37,038 bases of DNA, from positions 1 through 37,038 of IMG/VR virus record IMGVR_UViG_3300045988_084091. The stretch is one strand, 5' to 3'. This stretch comes from a virus. The notes beneath the pieces were generated by a model that did no database searches, was not told the origin of the DNA, and saw only the letters and a list, made by a program, of their open reading frames with translations. Position numbers and translations under genes: made by a program. Below, piece by piece: positions 24,416 through 32,171 of the stretch (position 1 is the stretch's first letter; each line of letters starts with the position of its first letter).

Positions 24416-24844
24416 TCACCAGCTCCCAAACTCGCCGTACTCGATGCCGCCGTACACATCCTCGACCGTGCCCATGCTGCACTGTGCGTTTGCCTTGTGC
24501 ATCGCCACGATCTCGTTATAACGCCGCTTGAACCGGTCGGACGCCTCCGGGTTCTCGTCCGTCAGAAGAGCGGAAGCAAGGCCGTATGGCATCGCACCGA
24601 GCGCAAGCGTGTTGTCGATCTCCGAGACCGTGTCGTCGAATTCCTCAACAGGCCGCCAGCCGGAAGCGGTTTTCCCGGCCTTCTTTGTCTCTGAAAACGG
24701 GTACAGCTCCGCGATCATGGTGTTGATGATCGACACGGTGCGGTATTTGTATTCGTCCGTGTCCGTCGTCTGCGGTTTCCCGCTGTCACTCAGCTCGTCC
24801 ATGATGGACATTGCCGCATCGAACACGTCGCTGACTTCTGCCAT
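24416..24844 (-). CDS. Putative head-tail adaptor/connector protein, 142 aa
   Basis: The call rests on position only: first gene after the capsid gene and its terminator. ATG follows GAGGTGA. Confidence 0.45.
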   Translation of the reverse strand: MAEVSDVFDAAMSIMDELSDSGKPQTTDTDEYKYRTVSIINTMIAELYPFSETKKAGKTASGWRPVEEFDDTVSEIDNTLALGAMPYGLASALLTDENPEASDRFKRRYNEIVAMHKANAQCSMGTVEDVYGGIEYGEFGSW

Positions 24845-24868
24845 GAAATCACCTCGTTATCTGAAAAT

Positions 24869-24892
24869 AGGCGGCGGGAAATCCCGCCGCCT
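24869..24892 (-). terminator. Strong stem-loop just after the major capsid gene (partial terminator or mRNA stabiliser)
   Basis: aggcggcggg / cccgccgcct is a perfect 10-bp stem with a 4-nt loop, followed on the minus strand by AUUUUC. Confidence 0.7.
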
Positions 24893-24903
24893 TATCTGTT
24901 GCC

Positions 24904-25956
24904 TCAGGCGGTAGCCGTCATAATGCCGGAATCCAGCGCGCCGTTCTTGCTGGCGTAAGCCTTGACTTCCGTGCCCGCGGCAATGCCGTTCGGCTTCGAG
25001 CTGGCGCTGTAGGTCTGCGCCGTGGAGGAAGTCTTCGGGTTGCTGCCGTCGGTGGTGTACTTGATGGTCTCACCTTCACCGGCAGTCAGCGTCAGCGTGC
25101 CGCCGGAAACAGACATCGTCGGGGTCGTGCTGCCCGCAGTCGCGTGCACGCCGATGGCGTATGCCTTCTTGTCCAGCACGAAGCTGTCGAACATCACGCG
25201 GTACTCCGCCACATCGCCGTCGATGCCGAGCGGGTTCTTCTGGATGCGCATGGTCTGGTTCTTCACCGGGTCGACGCTCGCGCCCTTGCGGAAGATCACG
25301 AAGTTGACACCAGCGGGCAGATAGCTGTCCGGGATGGCGTACACGTCGTTGCCATCGAGCTTGCCCAGAGAGCCGTTTGCGACGGCGTCCTTGCCCAGCA
25401 CGTCAATGCCGACGATGTAGTCCGACAGCTTGCACTTGGCGAACAGCGTGTGGCCGATGAAGATCGCGCGATTGTCGGTCGGCACGAGATGGTTGGACAT
25501 CTCCGCGCCCATGTTGACAATGGCGTCGATCGCGGTCTTGCCGGTCAGCGCGGTCGCGTTGACGGTCACAACACCGGCGCCGCCGACCCACTTCTGCAGG
25601 CGGTACTTGTCGATGCTCGGGGTGACCTTGCCGTCCCACGTCGCCTTCATGCGCGCGTTGCACTGCTTGACGTTAAACTGTTCGGCAGCGTTGCCCGCGT
25701 CGATCGAGAACGTGCCGCCCTTGTCCTGCGTCATGCGCATGGTCTGAACGGTGTCACCCAGCTCTTTGATCGTGCCGAATCGGCTGGAGCCGCTGCGGGT
25801 GTAGTCGCCGAAGTCGCCCTCGTCGGAGCTGTACACATTGATCGCGTTCACGCCGACAAAGTCGTAATCCTTACCGGCGAATGCGTCGGTCACGCTCTTC
25901 TGGTGGAAACGCTCGTCGAGCTTGGTGCTGTATTTGTTCGCAACATTGATTGCCAT
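24904..25956 (-). CDS. Major capsid protein with a C-terminal Ig/Fn3-associated-like module, 350 aa
   Basis: Sits after the scaffold gene and has the expected size. The C-terminal ~75 aa (TLTLTAGEGETIKYTTDGSNPKTSSTAQTYS...VKAYASKNGALDSGI) match the xIxYTTDGSxP pattern of Fn3-associated/chitobiase-C-type domains. Confidence 0.8.
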   Translation of the reverse strand: MAINVANKYSTKLDERFHQKSVTDAFAGKDYDFVGVNAINVYSSDEGDFGDYTRSGSSRFGTIKELGDTVQTMRMTQDKGGTFSIDAGNAAEQFNVKQCNARMKATWDGKVTPSIDKYRLQKWVGGAGVVTVNATALTGKTAIDAIVNMGAEMSNHLVPTDNRAIFIGHTLFAKCKLSDYIVGIDVLGKDAVANGSLGKLDGNDVYAIPDSYLPAGVNFVIFRKGASVDPVKNQTMRIQKNPLGIDGDVAEYRVMFDSFVLDKKAYAIGVHATAGSTTPTMSVSGGTLTLTAGEGETIKYTTDGSNPKTSSTAQTYSASSKPNGIAAGTEVKAYASKNGALDSGIMTATA

Positions 25957-26019
25957 TATGTAATTACCTCACTTAAAAATTCAGAATTTCAGGCGGAGGC
26001 AAGCCCTATGTTCACGTGG

Positions 26020-26919
26020 TCAGTTGCCGTCGTACCACAGCGCGTCAAACGCTTCGTCACTGCCGGTCTTCCCGGCGCTGCTCTGGCTGCCGGTGCTCCT
26101 CGCGGCGTTCGCCGCGTTCCGGTCGCGCGTTTCCTGTTCGGATTTCATGCGCGCGATCTCTGCCTCCAGCGCCTTGTTGCGTTCTCTTGCGTAGGCCGAA
26201 ACCAGCGTTTCACCGCGGTTAAAGGCTTCCCACACGCCGTTCGGAATGGAGGCCGGGTCAACGTCGGGATAGGCTTTTGCAAATGCGTCAAAGCACTCGC
26301 CGCGCCACTTCTCGTTCGCTGCCTGCTGCTCCTGCTCCTGCTTCTGGGGCGCCAGTGCTGCCCGTTCCTGATCGAGCGCGCGGCGCTCTCTGTCGAGCTT
26401 TACACGCTCGAGCGCCATGCCGTCGTCGTCGATGCCGTATTTACTCTTGGTAACGGCAATGAGCATGTTTTCCACAAGCTCCTCGACGGTTGTGCCGCTC
26501 TGCTTTGCCAGCTCCTGCAGCGCGTTCTCGTGTTCCGTGAGCTGCGCCAGTTGCTGTTTCTGTTCGGACACCTGGGTTTCCAGCTGCGTGTTTTTCTCGG
26601 TCACGCGGTCGTAGTCCATGCCCTTCTGGGCGAGCGTTACGACCTCGTCCCGGTTCACATTCTTCGTCTCGCCGAGGTGCTTGAGCTCAAACAGTTGGCC
26701 GTCTGTCTGCGCCTGCTGCCCCTCGTTCTCGCCCGGCTGTGCGGCATCTGCATCCTGCCCGCCGTCGTTTTGTTCGATCTCCGGCGCGGCGTCGTTGCTC
26801 TGCGTCTCCGTATCCGGCGCGCCCTGCGCGTCGTCCTCGATGTCGGCAAAGCTATCCGCCGTGATGTCGCTCCAATCGTCTGCGTCCGCCGTAAAGGCGG
26901 TGTTCATGTCGTCTGCCAT
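26020..26919 (-). CDS. Scaffolding protein, 299 aa
   Basis: Highly acidic N-terminus followed by long Gln/Glu/Leu coiled-coil segments. Lies between the portal and capsid genes. Confidence 0.7.
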   Translation of the reverse strand: MADDMNTAFTADADDWSDITADSFADIEDDAQGAPDTETQSNDAAPEIEQNDGGQDADAAQPGENEGQQAQTDGQLFELKHLGETKNVNRDEVVTLAQKGMDYDRVTEKNTQLETQVSEQKQQLAQLTEHENALQELAKQSGTTVEELVENMLIAVTKSKYGIDDDGMALERVKLDRERRALDQERAALAPQKQEQEQQAANEKWRGECFDAFAKAYPDVDPASIPNGVWEAFNRGETLVSAYARERNKALEAEIARMKSEQETRDRNAANAARSTGSQSSAGKTGSDEAFDALWYDGN

Positions 26920-26936
26920 GTCAAAATCCCTTCTCC

Positions 26937-26971
26937 CGCTATGGTCGGCGGGTGCGGCGCTATGGTCGGCG
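26937..26971. repeat. Two copies of the 14-bp motif cgctatggtcggcg, 21 bp apart, upstream of the scaffold gene
   Basis: Exact copies at 26937-26950 and 26958-26971, in the portal-scaffold intergenic region. Next to the hairpin ggcggattgtccgcc (27008-27022). Confidence 0.75.
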
Positions 26972-27031
26972 CCACGTGTTGAAATTTATCCGGTAATGTA
27001 TTTGCAAGGCGGATTGTCCGCCGAGCGTTCG

Positions 27032-28741
27032 TTATTCGGTCGTCCCGGTCTGCATGACCTTGCGCTGCAGGTCGCCGAAGCCGCCGCCGCCGCGAATGGG
27101 CGTCTTCTGGCCGAGATCGACCAGCGCGCCGGTCTCCGGCGTGCCGCCTGTGTTCTGCTCCTCCGGCTGCATCATCTGCTGCTGTGCCGCCTGCTTACGA
27201 GAGGCGATCAGCTCCTGCCGCTTCGGGATGTAGCCGTCCGGGATGCGCTCAAGGTATTCCTCGATCGTGATCTTGTCCTGCATCAGCAGGTTATCCAGTG
27301 TCTGCACCGACGCCATCTCCGACCAGTACGAGCTTGCGCCGACGTCCAGCTTCAGTGCCATCGGCATATCGTTCAGAATGCCGTAGTCGAACAGCACGGT
27401 TTCCAGCTCCTCCGGGTCTTTCCCGGCAAATGCGAGAATGTCCGCGCCCACGTCCGGCATAGACACCTGCACTTTGCGCTTCCCGTAGTACGCCGCCATG
27501 AAGTCAAGATAGATTCGCCCAAGATCCTCGATGGACTTGTAGAGGTTCTGCTTCGTGATCTCCGACGGGATGCTGGCTGCGCGCTGCAGGGCAATAATGG
27601 CCGACGTGTTGTCCGGCCGCGTCTCGCCAAGCGCTGCGCTCGTCGCGCCGAGAAACTGCCGCGTATAGTCCACGCTCGTCTGGATAAACTGCGCGATCTG
27701 CGGGCTGATCTGTGCCGGGTCGATGATCTTTGCCACGCCGGACACGTCGCCGCCGTTGACGCCGATCGCAGCGCCGACAGCGTTGTTCCACTTCGGGATG
27801 CGCGTCTTGTCGTATACCGTGCGCGGGAACGCGCTCGTCATCAGCGAGATCATGGACATTGCAAACAGCTTGTTTACAAAAATTTGGTTCGGGATCAGTC
27901 CGGTCACGAGCGCCTGCCCGTGATAGCTGTCTGGAATGTAGTCCCAGTTGATCCACGTCACCGGGTAGAGCCGCAGCCCCATGTCCCACGGCTCGCGCAG
28001 CATGACGCGCCCGGAGACTTCGCATGCCCACACCGTTCCGGTCTTGCGTTCCTTCCACATCCGCAGCAGCACCGTGCTGCGCTCTGAGCTGTTTTTGTAG
28101 CTGTCAGTGTTGTGGTTCTCGTTATCCGGCTGAATGTCTCCCCAGCGCGGATTTCCGGCCTCCTGCGCCGCTCTGCGCAGCTCTTTCGTCATTTCTCGCC
28201 GTTCAATGAGAATGTAGGGCTGCTTCTGCGGGTCACGGCACGCTGTGTTGCCGAAGCCGACGCGCATATTGTCCACGATCTCCGTGCGGATGCCGCCGCG
28301 CAGTCCGAATCCGGCGTCAACCGTGTCGTCCCAAAACGTAAACAGGCAGCTATCACCGTCCACAGCGGCGTTTCGCATATACTCGCGCACGCGGTTCGGC
28401 ACGCGGTTGAATTCAAACAGCCGGTCAAATTCCTTGTTGACGATCTCCGCGACACGTTCCACGTCCTCCGGTGTGCGCTCGCACGCAAGCGGAGTGGCCT
28501 GCATTTTGATGTTGTCGGTCGTGATGTTCGCAACCGAAAACAAAACGACCTGTTTCAGGAAGTTGTATACCGGCGTCGGCAGGCCCTTCGCGTCCACGCC
28601 CTCCCATTGCTTGCCAATGAAGAAGTTCTCGTTGGCGCGCACCGTCTCGTCGAGGTTGACAGCGGTGTTGTAGCCGAGCATTTTCTGGTACTCTGCCTGT
28701 ACCTGCTCCGGCGTGATCTTCTTGCCAAACTCGTCAGGCAT
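27032..28741 (-). CDS. Portal protein, 569 aa
   Basis: Size and position just downstream of TerL fit a portal. N-terminal ANENFFIGKQWEG and central LGATSAALGETRPDNTSAIIALQ segments are portal-like. Confidence 0.8.
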   Translation of the reverse strand: MPDEFGKKITPEQVQAEYQKMLGYNTAVNLDETVRANENFFIGKQWEGVDAKGLPTPVYNFLKQVVLFSVANITTDNIKMQATPLACERTPEDVERVAEIVNKEFDRLFEFNRVPNRVREYMRNAAVDGDSCLFTFWDDTVDAGFGLRGGIRTEIVDNMRVGFGNTACRDPQKQPYILIERREMTKELRRAAQEAGNPRWGDIQPDNENHNTDSYKNSSERSTVLLRMWKERKTGTVWACEVSGRVMLREPWDMGLRLYPVTWINWDYIPDSYHGQALVTGLIPNQIFVNKLFAMSMISLMTSAFPRTVYDKTRIPKWNNAVGAAIGVNGGDVSGVAKIIDPAQISPQIAQFIQTSVDYTRQFLGATSAALGETRPDNTSAIIALQRAASIPSEITKQNLYKSIEDLGRIYLDFMAAYYGKRKVQVSMPDVGADILAFAGKDPEELETVLFDYGILNDMPMALKLDVGASSYWSEMASVQTLDNLLMQDKITIEEYLERIPDGYIPKRQELIASRKQAAQQQMMQPEEQNTGGTPETGALVDLGQKTPIRGGGGFGDLQRKVMQTGTTE

Positions 28742-29078
28742 CGTCGCTCACGTCCTTCTTTCCGGCCATCAGGTAGCTGTAGTTCATGAGGTTGGACACG
28801 CCGTTGGAGAAGTCCTGCGCCATCTGCAGCGCCTGCTCCACCTGTTCAGCATGGTCTTCGTCGAGCTTGTCCGCTCGCTCGCACAGTGCGGCCGCAGTCT
28901 CTTCCAGCGCCTCTACGCGCTTTTGCAGCTGCGACACGTCAAGCGACGTATCTGCCAGCATGTCCATCGTCGCGTCCTGAAATGCCCGCAGCTCGTCGTC
29001 CCAGCGCCGCAGGCTTACCATTGTCAGCACAAAGCACGCCGCGATCACCAGCAGGCCAATCAAACTGATAGTGTTCAT
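28734..29078 (-). CDS. Membrane-anchored coiled-coil protein, 114 aa
   Basis: N-terminal TM segment ISLIGLLVIAACFVLTMV, then an acidic helical region. ATG follows AGGAGGAAG. Lies between TerL and portal. Confidence 0.65.
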   Translation of the reverse strand: MNTISLIGLLVIAACFVLTMVSLRRWDDELRAFQDATMDMLADTSLDVSQLQKRVEALEETAAALCERADKLDEDHAEQVEQALQMAQDFSNGVSNLMNYSYLMAGKKDVSDDA

Positions 29079-29087
29079 GTCTTCCTC

Positions 29088-30497
29088 CTAATAGCTGATA
29101 TATCCGGCAGACGGTGCGTCTCCGGTCATGAATTCCTCGTAGCCCTCCTGCGCGTCCTCGTCCTCGTAGATGATCTCTGACGGGTTCGCATCTCTTGCGT
29201 CCGCGCGCATTGTTCTCGATACGCAGTAGTAGCGCACGGAATCGACCGTGTGTGTAATCTCGTGCGGCTCTTTCGCACAGTCGTTCGGGTTGCGCTCGTC
29301 CGCCTGAATGTCCTCTAGGTCTCCGATCGTCCGTTCGCAGTTCTGGAAAAGCACGAGCCCCGGCTTTCCGTCCGGCATATTTGCGAGCGCTTCTTTCACT
29401 TGCAGGAAACCCTGCACGCGGTTGTTGCTCGCCCGCACGATGGGCACGCCGCACTGCATGAATACCTCTGCCATCGTCTTGCCGGTGTCCTTCTGGCGTG
29501 ACCAGATATCCGGCGGGGCAAAGGTAATCTCGATGTGCTCGTCCGGCATTGTCATGTCGAGGATCTGCTTTGCTGCATCCTGTACGATCAGCCCAGGCTG
29601 CACCAGCTCGCGGTACATATACGATCGTCCGTTTTCGTCCACCGCGTACCAGCCGACGGCGAGCATATCCAGACCGTAGTCGAGTGCCCTGTATCGCTTC
29701 CAGTGCTTTGGGATCTGGAACGGCTTGCAGGTGTGCGTCGCCTTGCTGAACTCCGGGAAATATGTGCCGCACAGCGCGTCCCAGTCGCCGTAGCGGTGCG
29801 CCTTGCGGATGTTCTCCGGCAATTGAGATAGCGCCTGAAGATAGCCCGGAGAGGATTCAAGCAGGTCTTTGTTGTCCTCGACCGTTGCGAAAATGAAGCT
29901 GTAGTCGTCCGGGTTCTCGTTCTCCTCCGGATTGTCGGAGTCTGTCTTGAAATTTCGGTCGATAAACAGGCGCTTGACCCATCTGTGCCCGACGCCGCCG
30001 GGGTTGCACGTCAGGTAAAAGCGCTTCGGGATCTCGTTGACGCCGCGCAGGCAGCCGCCGAGAAAGCGGAATTCGCGCTCTGTAAACTGCGTTGCCTCGT
30101 CCATGAAGATCCAGTCATATTCCTGGCCTTGGTATTCGCTCTCGGACGTGATGCCGCTCCAGTGGCCGAAATGGATGGTCGAGCCGTTCTGAAAGTACAG
30201 CGTGTGCAGTGTGCCGTTGTAGCTTGTCAGCTCCTGCGGCACCATCTTCAGAATCGGTTCGATGTGGTTCGACTGCAGCTCCGGGTATGTCTTTCGCACG
30301 ATGAGGATGCGGATGCCCGGCCATGTAAACGCGCCGCCTACTGCCTTGATGCGCACAGCGTGCGTCTTGCCGCCGCCTCGCGCGCCGCCGTAGGCTGTGT
30401 ACATCGTTCGGCTCTGGTAGAACAGAAGCTGCTTCTCGTTCGCGTGCCCCGGATCCCATGTGAAATTTGTCTGCGTGCTTCGCTTCTGCTTCGGCAT
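29088..30497 (-). CDS. terL: Terminase large subunit, 469 aa
   Basis: Walker A YGGARGGGKTH, Walker B DWIFMDEAT, and a C-terminal nuclease-type region. ATG follows ACGGAGGA. Confidence 0.9.
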   Translation of the reverse strand: MPKQKRSTQTNFTWDPGHANEKQLLFYQSRTMYTAYGGARGGGKTHAVRIKAVGGAFTWPGIRILIVRKTYPELQSNHIEPILKMVPQELTSYNGTLHTLYFQNGSTIHFGHWSGITSESEYQGQEYDWIFMDEATQFTEREFRFLGGCLRGVNEIPKRFYLTCNPGGVGHRWVKRLFIDRNFKTDSDNPEENENPDDYSFIFATVEDNKDLLESSPGYLQALSQLPENIRKAHRYGDWDALCGTYFPEFSKATHTCKPFQIPKHWKRYRALDYGLDMLAVGWYAVDENGRSYMYRELVQPGLIVQDAAKQILDMTMPDEHIEITFAPPDIWSRQKDTGKTMAEVFMQCGVPIVRASNNRVQGFLQVKEALANMPDGKPGLVLFQNCERTIGDLEDIQADERNPNDCAKEPHEITHTVDSVRYYCVSRTMRADARDANPSEIIYEDEDAQEGYEEFMTGDAPSAGYISY

Positions 30498-30587
30498 GGC
30501 ATCCTCCGTAAATGCAGAAACGGAGCCAACTGCATTCCGCAGCCAGCTCCGTTCAGCTCTTATGCCCGGCCGTTTCCGGGCACGTCG

Positions 30588-30725
30588 TTATTCTGTTTCC
30601 CGAAAGGCGACCTTGCGCTTTACTTCCAGCACAAGCACGCCGTCTTTCGTTTGCTTTACCTCGGCAGTATTCCCGCGGCCGATAATGTCCAGAATCGCCC
30701 GGAGGAGATTTTCATTTTTCTGCAT
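30588..30725 (-). CDS. Small ORF, 45 aa (too short for the ORF track)
   Basis: My own translation gives MQKNENLLRAILDIIGRGNTAEVKQTKDGVLVLEVKRKVAFRETE. The ATG lies 10 nt after the phosphoesterase stop and follows GAAGGTA. It fills most of the 237-bp gap before terL. Confidence 0.45.
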   Translation of the reverse strand: MQKNENLLRAILDIIGRGNTAEVKQTKDGVLVLEVKRKVAFRETE

Positions 30726-30734
30726 AGGGTACCT

Positions 30735-31526
30735 TCACATTGCAGCCCCGGCGTTTTTCCGCCACCCGTCAAGGTAAATGACAGGCGCGGCCTTGCTTGC
30801 CGGTTGATAGCCCATCCGCACACCGTAGCCGCCGCCGTAGTCCAGCGCCGCCGCGGTGTTAACAAACAATCGTTCAACCGGCTCCGCGCTCCTCGTAGAA
30901 GCGTTCGCCCGGAAGAAACAGTCCTTAAACACGGCAGGGGAGTGCGTGTGCCCGCAAACATAAACGTCTGCGTCAACAATCTGCGCATAGTCCGCAAGCC
31001 GGTTGATCTTGCCGCCAATCTTGCGCCCGCCACCGTTGCCGTGGTTGACGTAGATGGAATACGTCGTTTGCCGTCCCTCGCTCTTTCGCCGGGAGTTTTC
31101 ACCGAGTGATACGAATACGAGCGCTGCGTCCGGAGCGTACCGGTCGCCCGCGCCCAGCTCGTTTGCGATCAGCCATGTAATGTCGATGCCGTCTGCACGA
31201 TATGTCCGCTCTTCGTGGTTGCCGGGAACAGCGCACAGGATGCGGCCCTTGAGCGGGGCGAACGTCTTGTTTGCAAGCTGGATCTGCTCCATCGGGGACA
31301 ACTGCGTGCTGTAGATATCTCCGATGCTGTTTCGCGTCGCATTGTCGATCAGGTCGCCCGCAAGAATTGCATAGGCGTTATCCTTTGCCGCAATGTCCGC
31401 CACGCGCTTTTGCACGCCGCGAATATCGCAGTTCGGGTCGGAAAGATGTACGTCCGCAATGACGTGCACTTCGATTTCGTTTTGCTGCTTCGGCAGCTCC
31501 ACACGGATAACGTGCAAACGCTTCAC
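30735..31526 (-). CDS. Calcineurin-like metallophosphoesterase, 263 aa (GTG start)
   Basis: All signature blocks are present: DVHLSD, GDLID, GNHE, VNHGNGGG, GHTHSP. An in-frame stop 3 codons upstream fixes the start at GTG 31526. Confidence 0.8.
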   Translation of the reverse strand: MKRLHVIRVELPKQQNEIEVHVIADVHLSDPNCDIRGVQKRVADIAAKDNAYAILAGDLIDNATRNSIGDIYSTQLSPMEQIQLANKTFAPLKGRILCAVPGNHEERTYRADGIDITWLIANELGAGDRYAPDAALVFVSLGENSRRKSEGRQTTYSIYVNHGNGGGRKIGGKINRLADYAQIVDADVYVCGHTHSPAVFKDCFFRANASTRSAEPVERLFVNTAAALDYGGGYGVRMGYQPASKAAPVIYLDGWRKNAGAAM

Positions 31527-31739
31527 CTCATTCGTTCAAGACCACCGCTGCGAGCGCTCTTGCACAGCGCCCCAGCAAAAAAACGAAATAATCTACCAGA
31601 CACGGTTGTCGCGCGCATAGCTTATAAACCAATTCCGAGCAGCAGCTCAGCGCGCCCGCCTCCCGCTGCAGCAGGAAAGCGGCTTTCTGCCGGTTTTTCA
31701 CGCTCCGGTCAATCCGGTCGTCTGGTCTTGGCGGCAGCC

Positions 31740-31756
31740 CCCGGACTTGCACCGGG
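31740..31756 (-). other. Hairpin B with heptaloop UGCAAGU (minus strand)
   Basis: Plus strand cccgg-acttgca-ccggg. Nested inside a second helix, cggcagc/gctgccg. Confidence 0.6.
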
Positions 31757-31797
31757 CGCCCCTCTTGGAAAGCTGCCGTAGAAAGGGAAGCTGCGGC

Positions 31798-31816
31798 ATC
31801 CTGACTTGCACAGGAT
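31798..31816 (-). other. Hairpin A with the same heptaloop UGCAAGU (minus strand)
   Basis: Plus strand atcctg-acttgca-caggat. The stem sequence differs from hairpin B, while the loop plus closing pair (GUGCAAGUC) is identical. Confidence 0.6.
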
Positions 31817-32171
31817 TTCAGCGGAAAGGAGATGAAAGCGCTTAGGCCACTCGCCGCCGCAGCAGTGTTTACCGTCGCTTCCGACGCTTGATTCCCGGAT
31901 AGTGCCGGGTTCACGGTTGCTCCGTACCGTAATAGGTTTTTGCAAGGGAATAACAGGTGCAGTTGGGAAATCACTGATACACCGTCAACGGAAAATTTGT
32001 TGCTTCGAGTGTGGAAGAGATTGAAAGTTTCTGCTCTCAAGAACAGCTTCCGATTGACGCGAGGTTGACCTTTTTCCGGTACGGAGGGGCATCGTTCACA
32101 AACGTGAACAGCAAGCACTCAGCCGCAGCGCGTATCCCGCGCCCGCATTCGGCTTGTTGGATTAAGCATGT

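Larger units (their letters stand above)
31527..32171 (-). other. 645-bp ORF-poor, structure-rich spacer inside the packaging operon (candidate structured RNA and/or pac region)
   Basis: The only ORF (31528-32118, GTG start) has atypical A/T-ending codons and a Cys/Leu/Ser-rich product. The spacer contains multiple hairpins and a 9-bp long-range complement. Confidence 0.5.

Noticed and set aside
8683-31109. Many long plus-strand ORFs antisense to the late operon (for example 8683-10710, 11206-13101, 13098-14696, 15013-15669, 20618-21718, 25144-26982, 26618-28087, 29985-31109)
   Set aside because: These are typical GC-rich antisense shadow ORFs. Their products are Arg/Ala/Leu/Val-rich and low-complexity, they have no RBS, and each fully overlaps a minus-strand gene with clear motifs and operon packing.
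31738-31830. Resemblance to a cobalamin riboswitch core (AGAGGGG...GGUGCAAGUCC...GCUGCCGCC) and B12-box-like AAGUCAGGAUGCC
   Set aside because: The B12-box-like element lies upstream rather than downstream of the GGUG..UCC element. The conserved CCCGC-ACUGU segment is missing, and the genomic context (a phage packaging operon) does not fit. The similarity probably reflects the repeated GUGCAAGUC hairpin motif.
31528-32118. 196-aa minus-strand ORF filling the terS-phosphoesterase gap
   Set aside because: It has a GTG start without an SD and codons ending mostly in A/T, unlike neighbouring genes. The Cys/Leu/Ser-rich sequence has no motif, and the region is dense in hairpins. It is treated as non-coding, though a decayed gene cannot be excluded.
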